Positions 60,501 through 64,000 of a stretch of 64,000 nt of DNA are shown here, piece by piece; within the stretch, counting starts at the first letter, position 1; every line of letters starts with the position of its first letter. The notes under the pieces are model-generated. The model saw only the letters and a list, made by a program, of their open reading frames with translations, had not been told where the DNA came from and made no database searches. This DNA comes from Hydrolagus colliei. Lineage: Eukaryota. The stretch is taken from NCBI GenBank assembly GCA_035084275.1, contig CM068742.1, positions 96,782,001 through 96,846,000 of the forward strand, given 5' to 3'. A program made the translations under genes and the position numbers.

Positions 60501-62534
60501 AAATGAATACATTCATTGAAATGAGTCTCTTGGTATAATTGATTATGACAGTATCTGGTTTCAAATTAGAGCACACAAGACACCCACCCTTTATAGAGGA
60601 AGTAGCAGTTGAAATTATGGTGGAATGCAATAGGATAGAAGACAAATGAGCTTACAACATGAATCTAGTTTCAATTGGGGATAACAAGTGCTGAAGCAAT
60701 GGGCAGCAAAATTAACATCTTTCCAGTTGCATAAGCTCACTTGTCTTGCTCCAGATTTACTTCATTGCCATCTTTGTTTCCTTCTCTCTGGCCTCAAAGA
60801 TCACTCTGTGGAGCACATGTGGATGAGCAACCAGCCGCTTAGCGCTCTTTCTATCTCACTGTATAACCAATCCAGAGAGGTGCACAACAAGCACAGGATT
60901 CCTTCTCCGTGGGTAACTTTCAACCTCCTCTCCAATACTTGTTATCTTCCCACAATGGTAATGGGCCGAAACCAGTTGTGTGAAGGATCAAATGCTACAA
61001 TAGCAGTGTGCTTTCACCAACAACAATTTTTGTGAAATGACAGCACCTCCCACACACACAATCACAGCTTCATCTCCCCTAATCCTCTCATTTCCTCACT
61101 TTTTTGCACTCTGCAGAACCCAGGGCAGGAAATGTGCTCTCTGCCTTCCCATTTGGTGTTCTTTGCTGGCTGCTTGTAGCAGCCCAGAGAGGATTATCAC
61201 TGCGATTTTTTCTTGCCATCCCTGTAGAGAAGAACCTTTGCCCATTTCTTCCTCACTGCAATCCCATCAGAGATCAGGAACTCAGCAGAGCTAAGCATCA
61301 AGGGCAAATACCTCCCTCTCCCTAATCCATGACAAAACTCACTTAGGGTTCAAACATCTAATACACGGGAATTAACCAATGCAGTTCCTGGGGCTCCAAA
61401 AGAAATTCCTTCATGAATTAGGAGCTAGAAAGAAAATGTCCATACAAACAAGAGATTCAAATATCCAGGCAAATGCAATTACGCCAGCTATCAAGAAAGA
61501 AGTGGAAACCTTACAGCTGTGATTCATTCCATAGAGCAGTTCTGCGTCATTAAAAGGGTGCTAAATAATAAAATTACAGGAGCAGAAAGATATTCACCTT
61601 GTGATGATATTGAAAATGATGAATTAAAGTATGTATAGGTAACATTAGAGTGTGGCCCATACCAAAGATCTTGCTGAATCAATGGTGCGCAGAAGTGTAT
61701 TGGATATTGGAAGGTAAACAATTGCTTTCCACAAAACAAGATGTGGTAATCGTGGCTACCACGAGATCACACTTTTGCTTTTAAATAGGGGCAAGTTTTT
61801 GCAGTGTTCCAATGGATAAATTGCATTACATGAAACAGGAGAATTTTCTGCACTTGACCACAAGCAACATCTGATTTTATCGGAACTCATTTAATGAGAG
61901 CCTGTCCTGTAATGTTGGGACACAAGATTATTGTTCAGCTTGTAACTTTACAACTTGGCTTGAGTCCCCACAATCCCGTCTGGTTTTAATTGGAATATAC
62001 ATGAAATATGTCAACACAAAGAAAGAAAAACACTAATTACAAAACAAATTATTGAAATTAACTATAGTAATTACCCTTCTCGTAGTATGGCACACATACT
62101 CCCACAGAGTTCAATTACAATTCAAATCTTCTCCTTTCCCCTAGTGTACCTAATAACTACTGCACATAGTACACTTTACAAACTCAATGCCACACATTTA
62201 GATGAATAACTGACTACAGTAATTGTCCTGTGCATATTGCACAAAGCTTTCCCAGTGAGTTCAATGCGCAGGCCTTACTGAAAAGATACGAACCACAACT
62301 ACTGTCAATGCTCGAACTAAAGAATGCAAATAAATCAATGTACTTACCTAAGCAGAAGATCACAAAGGAACTGGTAACCTTGACAGCACCTAAAATCGTC
62401 CAAGAGCACTTGCGACACATCGCTGGAGTCCTTGAGAAAGCAGGAAAGTCCTGCAAACATCTCAACAATCTCCAGGGGCAATAGGTCATCTGATTGCTGC
62501 ATGTTCTGGATACAAGTAGCCACGCATTCTTTAT
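342..62534 (-). CDS. WDFY3: WDFY3 (ALFY) gene, internal portion: 24 coding exons, N-terminal/central region; 5' and 3' ends outside window
   Basis: Spliced translation closely matches vertebrate WDFY3 as I recall it (e.g. [71 protein letters not shown]). All 24 exons have GT/AG boundaries and compatible phases; total 4422 nt = 2+1473x3+1. Confidence 0.96.
1133..1499 (+). mobile_element. CR1 LINE 3' fragment
   Basis: Near-identical to the 3' end of the long CR1 at 20315-23370 (aagggtcagccttttagaacagag...gaatggcctactcctgctcct...atgttctt tail). Confidence 0.85.
1705..2807. mobile_element. Non-autonomous Tc1/mariner (pogo/Tigger-like) element, 1103 bp
   Basis: 22-bp TIRs CAGGTACCCCTCCCCAA(C/T)CGCG with one mismatch, TA on both flanks (1703-1704, 2808-2809); no transposase ORF; internal GA/G-rich microsatellites. 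Confidence 0.88.
2912..3032 (-). CDS. WDFY3: WDFY3 exon (not in ORF track)
   Basis: tccag|GAGTAG...TACATCA|gtaagt; [41 protein letters not shown]; 121 nt. Confidence 0.93.
3611..3702 (-). CDS. WDFY3: WDFY3 exon (not in ORF track)
   Basis: ttcag|GTTTGG...GAAGAAG|gtaagc; [30 protein letters not shown]; 92 nt. Confidence 0.93.
3930..4090 (-). mobile_element. tRNA-SINE 3' portion
   Basis: (TAA)n tail plus gcatttgatatagcacttttcacgtcttctaaacgtctcaaagc..., shared with full SINE copies at 41386 and 54514. Confidence 0.75.
4350..4511 (-). CDS. WDFY3: WDFY3 exon (not in ORF track)
   Basis: tccag|CGAGGCC...CTCAG|gtacag; [25 protein letters not shown]...[12 protein letters not shown]; 162 nt; separated from the previous exon by a 114-bp intron. 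Confidence 0.93.
4626..4699 (-). CDS. WDFY3: WDFY3 exon (not in ORF track)
   Basis: tccag|GTCTGG...GAATCAAG|gtactc; [24 protein letters not shown]; 74 nt. Confidence 0.93.
5483..5635 (-). CDS. WDFY3: WDFY3 exon
   Basis: ttcag|TTGTTG...TTTGAT|gtaaga; [20 protein letters not shown]...FQDLLCDFD; 153 nt. Confidence 0.94.
5740..6140 (-). mobile_element. L2-clade LINE 3' fragment
   Basis: (CAA)n tail with gcgcctttca...cccaaagcg; translation remnant [23 protein letters not shown] typical of the L2 ORF2 C-terminus. Confidence 0.8.
6322..6709 (+). mobile_element. L2-clade LINE 3' fragment
   Basis: [18 protein letters not shown] remnant; 3' tail gtgaagcgctctgagac...atataaatccaagttgttgttg; same subfamily as 36736-38577. 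Confidence 0.82.
7143..7333 (-). CDS. WDFY3: WDFY3 exon
   Basis: ggcag|GTGTAA...TATCAG|gtaaaa; [19 protein letters not shown]...[10 protein letters not shown]; 191 nt. Confidence 0.94.
8235..8346 (-). CDS. WDFY3: WDFY3 exon
   Basis: tacag|ATGGCC...TACCTGG|gtacaa; [37 protein letters not shown]; 112 nt. Confidence 0.93.
9325..9590 (+). mobile_element. L2-clade LINE 3' fragment
   Basis: cgggccttca...ctttggaactccatcccacaatcccttcacctc...ttcaagg...ctcaaga motif shared with other L2 copies. Confidence 0.7.
9714..9874 (-). CDS. WDFY3: WDFY3 exon
   Basis: gtaaag|GTAAGGAT...AAACAG|gtaaga; [24 protein letters not shown]...DSKTIAKQ; 161 nt. Confidence 0.92.
11775..12290. mobile_element. Non-autonomous TIR DNA element with 5-bp TSD (hAT5-like), 516 bp
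   Basis: TIRs CAGTGTTCTCCAC(A/G)ACC (17 bp, 1 mismatch); ATGAT on both sides (11770-11774, 12291-12295); CpG-rich interior. Confidence 0.85.
14213..14444 (-). CDS. WDFY3: WDFY3 exon
   Basis: tccag|CTTCAC...GTTCCAT|gtaagt; [15 protein letters not shown]...[17 protein letters not shown]; 232 nt. Confidence 0.94.
14575..14720 (+). mobile_element. Old non-LTR retrotransposon 3' end fragment
   Basis: tggaactcctt...caccaccaccttcttggg...agggatgagcaataaatgc...ccacatcccgagaatga resembles CR1-group 3' ends (from memory, diverged). Confidence 0.5.
15121..15562 (+). mobile_element. L2-clade LINE fragment
   Basis: ctccactggcttcccatc...attcaattcaagatcctggtcctgacctttaaagcc ([17 protein letters not shown]). 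Confidence 0.82.
16861..17070. mobile_element. pogo/Tigger-like MITE, 210 bp
   Basis: 27-bp TIRs CAGTGAAAGCCCGTTTATCCTGCACCC / CAGTAGAAGCCTGTTTATCCTGCACCC (3 mismatches); TA at right flank, TC at left. Confidence 0.82.
18330..18511 (-). CDS. WDFY3: WDFY3 exon
   Basis: tttag|TTGGTG...GTCAAG|gtatgt; [19 protein letters not shown]...[10 protein letters not shown]...[12 protein letters not shown]; 182 nt. Confidence 0.94.
18700..19540. mobile_element. Two abutting L2 fragments (minus ~18700-19140, plus ~19140-19540)
   Basis: Minus part translates [22 protein letters not shown]; plus part begins cctcagaggatcgagttcaatatcctc and ends in a degenerate L2 tail. Confidence 0.72.
19757..19975 (-). CDS. 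WDFY3: WDFY3 exon
   Basis: tccag|GTGAAC...TACG|gtgagt; [22 protein letters not shown]...[10 protein letters not shown]; 219 nt. Confidence 0.94.
20315..23370 (-). mobile_element. CR1 LINE, ~3.05 kb, essentially whole ORF2 (APE endonuclease + reverse transcriptase) but frameshifted; truncated at ORF1 end
   Basis: ORF pieces 23023-23289 ([18 protein letters not shown]), 21913-22920 (GDFN, LDLVL, SDH), 21287-21775 ([29 protein letters not shown]), FVDD near 21250, 20615-21151 ([20 protein letters not shown]); (ATGTTCTT)n tail. Confidence 0.95.
24395..24498 (-). CDS. WDFY3: WDFY3 exon (not in ORF track)
   Basis: gatag|CTGCCTG...GGCACAG|gttaga; [34 protein letters not shown]; 104 nt. Confidence 0.92.
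25053..25287 (-). CDS. WDFY3: WDFY3 exon
   Basis: cacag|GTAGCC...TTTGG|gtgagg; GSLTMSLDG...[17 protein letters not shown]...FDTSLEGFG; 235 nt. Confidence 0.93.
25405..25720 (+). mobile_element. Old tRNA-headed SINE-like repeat
   Basis: Degenerate A box (ggcgtagtgg) and B box (ggttcaaatcc); body gacactcacagtcaaggctcac...aatgcccacttagg recurs diverged at ~32420, ~53735 and ~63240. Confidence 0.5.
26332..26444 (-). CDS. WDFY3: WDFY3 exon (not in ORF track)
   Basis: atcag|GGAGTTT...TTGAGAG|gtaagt; [37 protein letters not shown]; 113 nt. Confidence 0.93.
29648..29951 (+). mobile_element. tRNA-derived SINE, full length
   Basis: Head gagtcctgtagct..ggttagag, B box gttcgaatc, ccttgggcaagtttccttactcc core, L2-like tail ending (TTA)n. 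Confidence 0.85.
29990..30395 (-). mobile_element. L2-clade LINE fragment
   Basis: Reverse complement of the L2 ORF2 C-terminal region (aggtgaggaccaggatcttgaattg, gctgcagagttctggatgatct). Confidence 0.8.
30928..31142 (-). CDS. WDFY3: WDFY3 exon
   Basis: ttcag|CATGCA...CTGAG|gtaaga; [16 protein letters not shown]...[14 protein letters not shown]...MVLR; 215 nt. Confidence 0.94.
31388..32275 (+). mobile_element. L2-clade LINE 3' ~0.9 kb
   Basis: [27 protein letters not shown] and [12 protein letters not shown] remnants; tail gggacgtcctcctgacctgaaaggtgctctataaatg. Confidence 0.88.
32908..33663. mobile_element. Non-autonomous hAT (Ac-type, TAGGG termini), 756 bp
   Basis: TIRs TAGGGTCCG(G/T)C(A/G)ATAT; perfect 8-bp TSD ATAGACAC (32900-32907, 33664-33671); subterminal (ATCGAT/CGATA) repeats; G-run/GA interior. 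Confidence 0.92.
34820..36086 (+). mobile_element. L2-clade LINE 3' ~1.27 kb with RT remnant
   Basis: [61 protein letters not shown]; (GTT)n tail. Confidence 0.92.
36520..39276 (-). mobile_element. L2 LINE (minus), interrupted; parts 36520-36735 and 38578-39276
   Basis: Tail at 36520; ORF2 remnant [21 protein letters not shown]...[15 protein letters not shown]; sequence continuous across the inner insertion (ggatggaat|tccagagg). Confidence 0.85.
36736..38577 (+). mobile_element. L2 LINE (plus) ~1.84 kb with RT remnant
   Basis: [58 protein letters not shown]; (GTT)n tail; flanked by tggaat/tggagt. Confidence 0.92.
39638..39815 (-). CDS. WDFY3: WDFY3 exon
   Basis: tgtag|GCCAGG...CTCCAG|gtaagc; [15 protein letters not shown]...[14 protein letters not shown]...EQLQ; 178 nt. 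Confidence 0.92.
41386..41692 (-). mobile_element. tRNA-derived SINE, full length
   Basis: Minus strand: A box TAGCTCAGTGG, B box-like TTCGAATCC, ccttgggcaagtttcc core, L2-like tail with (TTA)n. Confidence 0.88.
42146..42401 (+). mobile_element. L2 3' fragment
   Basis: gccttcagccactacg..ccgaggctctggaactccc..., tail gtgaagcgctctgag...tataaatcaaagttgttgttg. Confidence 0.82.
43662..43919 (+). mobile_element. CR1 3' fragment
   Basis: [35 protein letters not shown]; tail ggcctactcct...cttatgttctt. Confidence 0.88.
44058..44141 (-). CDS. WDFY3: WDFY3 exon (not in ORF track)
   Basis: tgtag|TTTTGCT...AGAAAAAG|gtactg; [29 protein letters not shown]; 84 nt. Confidence 0.92.
44861..44910. repeat. Short tandem repeat of a 10-mer (TATTCACTAA), about 4 copies
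   Basis: taattcacta atattcacta atattcacta att...ttcactaa. Confidence 0.8.
45857..46144 (-). mobile_element. tRNA-SINE relative lacking its head, with longer central domain
   Basis: Same tail and gtaaggaaacttgcc core as the other SINEs, plus extra gcctatttattgctaggtaaacaaagg segment. Confidence 0.7.
47803..48160 (+). mobile_element. Deu-domain SINE relic interrupted by a hAT-Charlie-like MITE (~47889-48082)
   Basis: Flanks read ggttgcactcttgcc...caggactt...ctaagc | gctgacattccagtgcaata...gaggtgg..ctttg, resembling SacSINE1/AmnSINE-type sequence from memory; insert starts CAGGGTGGTCCAACCTTT...GAGGGCCAGAT with a degenerate right TIR. Confidence 0.55.
49351..49808 (-). CDS. WDFY3: WDFY3 exon
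   Basis: tgcag|GCTCTC...GACAG|gtagga; [22 protein letters not shown]...YKMATDSFD; 458 nt. Confidence 0.94.
50740..51248 (-). mobile_element. CR1 3' fragment, second subfamily
   Basis: Tail atcatagaatcatacagcacagaaggaggcc...ggcccatc; gtggtgcccagaactgaacacagtactccaactgaggcct ([13 protein letters not shown]). Confidence 0.8.
51409..51602 (-). CDS. WDFY3: WDFY3 exon
   Basis: ataag|GTGTTTTC...CTAAGG|gtaaga; [26 protein letters not shown]...KTDILR; 194 nt. Confidence 0.93.
53235..53370 (-). mobile_element. tRNA-SINE 3' portion
   Basis: ccttgcatttggtatagtgcttttcacgtcttccagacatctcaaag...gtgaattgactgta. Confidence 0.75.
54514..54818 (-). mobile_element. tRNA(Ala-like)-derived SINE, full length
   Basis: Minus strand head ctgtagctcagtggttagag..caccTTGCAAgtgagag; core and L2-like tail. 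Confidence 0.88.
55140..55241 (-). CDS. WDFY3: WDFY3 exon (not in ORF track)
   Basis: tttag|TGGAATC...AATGCAG|gtaaat; [34 protein letters not shown]; 102 nt. Confidence 0.92.
55278..55573 (-). mobile_element. tRNA(Ala-like)-derived SINE, full length
   Basis: Head gagtcctgtagctcagaggttagaacac..cTGCAAgcgagag; tail ends about 35 bp upstream of a WDFY3 acceptor. Confidence 0.86.
56181..56627 (+). pseudogene. Truncated hAT transposase N-terminus (BED zinc finger, ZBED1/Tramp-like)
   Basis: [11 protein letters not shown]...CTVY...[15 protein letters not shown] (BED pattern, second Cys replaced by Tyr), then [15 protein letters not shown]; similarity stops there, no DDE or dimerisation domain. Confidence 0.82.
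56620..56707. repeat. Perfect inverted repeat, 42-bp arms, 4-nt loop
   Basis: 56620-56661 agagttagaagccagattatcactgcttctatgtgtgtgtct; loop gact; 56666-56707 is the exact reverse complement. Confidence 0.95.
56858..57735. repeat. Polypurine (G/A) minisatellite
   Basis: Imperfect units such as ggagggagagaaggagagggggaaa; spans the N gap. Confidence 0.93.
57434..57657. other. Assembly gap (224 N)
   Basis: Run of N within the GA-rich repeat. Confidence 0.99.
58605..59072 (-). CDS. WDFY3: WDFY3 exon
   Basis: accag|GACACAC...GATTCAG|gtaagt; [14 protein letters not shown]...[12 protein letters not shown]; 468 nt. Confidence 0.94.
60115..60281 (-). CDS. WDFY3: WDFY3 exon
   Basis: tttag|GTTGGAG...GGCAAAG|gtgatg; [19 protein letters not shown]...PQPCGK; 167 nt. 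Confidence 0.93.
62348..62534 (-). CDS. WDFY3: WDFY3 exon (first in window)
   Basis: tgtag|ATAAAGAA...CTTAG|gtaagt; [16 protein letters not shown]...FLCDLLLR; 187 nt. Confidence 0.93.
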
Positions 62535-62709
62535 CTACATGGAGCATATGAGTACAAACAAATTGGAACCTTTTCCCAATATCTCTCCCCTATAGATCCC
62601 GTAAGATTAACATTTACAATCCCAATAAATGTGCTTTCTTTCTATTGTTTTTAAAAGTACAATTTGTTTTTACAGACGACACATTTGACTTTAAAACTCC
62701 ACTAGTTTC

Positions 62710-63005
62710 CTTGCATTTGATCAAGTGCCTTATCATATTGAAGCATCTCAAGTGCTTCAGTTTTACTATAAAGTGTATGCATAACATTTCTAGTAGGTAA
62801 ATACAGCAATGTCCCACAAACGTTGCGAGTGCAATCACTCATTTTCTCTTTCTGGGGTCCGGGATACTGGGAGAAAGTCTCCTCTTTTCAAATCATGTAC
62901 CATTAGTTTTTTTTTTAATCCACCTGAACAGGCAGACTAAGTTTCATGTCCATCCAAAGGATAGCACCTCTGACAATGCATTGCTTCCCAGCACTGCATT
63001 GGAGA
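62710..63005 (-). mobile_element. Deu-domain SINE relic (SacSINE1/AmnSINE-like)
   Basis: Minus strand ctccaatgcagtgctgggaagcaatgcattgtcagaggtgctatcctttggatg...gtctgcctgttcaggtggat...gaaaagaggaga matches the Deu central domain as recalled; followed by an L2-like tail. Confidence 0.68.
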
Positions 63006-63809
63006 TGTAAACTTTGATGGCTAAATAGTCTTTCCTCGTCCACTGCTTCTTCAGAATGCAGGAGGTAAAATAGATCAGTAGAGGTAGCCTTTCTACATTC
63101 TGAACTACATACTACATGTATTTCGTCAATTAAGTAATAGTTTTATCATTCCAGAGTACAATTTATTTTATTTAAAATTTGTTTTGTTTTGATTCAATTT
63201 TGCACTGAAAGATGCTGACTTCTGCTGGTACATCACTGATGCTGGGCATCCACTGGTACCTCACTCAAATAATCATTCTTCATGTGTGAACCCAGGGAAT
63301 GAGTACTGACTATTCTGACACTTCCGTATCTGTGAGTCTCAACTTCACACAAAATAGTGCCTTTACCAAGGCAATTACTTTTTAGCCCTGTTCATAAATG
63401 ACTGTGATAATGGTCTAGCAACTAGAGTATATAGCAGGTTTACAAGCTTCTCTTCAATATCTGATTATAAGAACATGTGCAAATTTAAATTATTACTGAG
63501 TGTTAGAAATTGATTTTGGACCAAAATAGTTTGTTTTCCCCAAATCTGTATTTTGCTTAATGAGTTTGACGACTGAACCTGAGATGGAGTTTGTTATATA
63601 AACAACTACTTACGTTATATAATGTTTTTCATGTAGGATAGTGTCTCTGAGAGCCAGAACAAATTAACTTTCTTTTAATGGAATCTAAGGGTAGGCATAT
63701 CCAGGAAAACAACCTACACATCGCACAGATAAAATTGGTCATTCACTTCATGGCTGTATGCGGGACCTCATTTCTGATCACTTTTCTTCACTTTCATTTA
63801 TCTATGGCT

Positions 63810-63965
63810 CTTTGTGGGATTTAGGTGTAAGCAAATTGGTTGCTGGGTTCACCCAAAAAATACACACAGCCACATCACTTTACGCTATAGCATATTCTGT
63901 AAACCTCTTCGAGACGTCTATAACAATGGGATAAGTCTATATAAGATGCAAGGATTATTATTGAT
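63810..63965 (+). mobile_element. Diverged SINE 3' portion
   Basis: gtgggat...gcaaattggttgctg...ctgtaaac..cttcgagacgtc...tatataagatgcaaggattatta. Confidence 0.6.
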
Positions 63966-64000
63966 ATTATTTTTCTCCCTTTTCCATAATGACAACAACA

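Noticed and set aside
342-62534. Possibility that the gene is the paralogue WDFY4 or a pseudogene
   Set aside because: The peptides match WDFY3 closely over all 24 exons, with intact frame and splice sites.
1-64000. Intronic snoRNA/miRNA genes or U12/GC-AG introns
   Set aside because: All donors found are ordinary GT sites without the U12 GTATCCT consensus, and I saw no convincing C/D or H/ACA structure by eye; an Infernal/Rfam scan would be needed to exclude small RNAs.

Overview
Eukaryotic (vertebrate) genomic DNA. The repeat content (CR1 and L2 LINEs, tRNA-derived SINEs, Deu-domain SINE relics) suggests a cartilaginous fish, which is inference. The whole window lies inside one minus-strand gene, WDFY3 (ALFY, BEACH/WD40/FYVE autophagy scaffold). 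I traced 24 consecutive internal coding exons (62534 down to 342, 4422 nt, about 1474 codons). All introns between them are GT-AG and the splice phases match throughout; the start, the stop and the BEACH/WD40/FYVE exons lie outside the window. The introns hold a near-complete but frameshifted CR1 ORF2, many 5'-truncated L2 copies, tRNA-Ala-like SINEs sharing the L2 3' tail, and at least six TIR-bounded non-autonomous DNA elements (TA, 5-bp, 6-bp and 8-bp target duplications), including a nested hAT stack with a BED-finger remnant. There is one 224-N assembly gap. I found no convincing new biological system. The best leads are a ~75-bp splice-donor-bearing module shared by two unrelated transposon types, a perfect 42-bp hairpin at the end of the BED ORF, a WDFY3 exon starting AG|GTAAG (recursive-splice-like), and two multi-level nested insertions.
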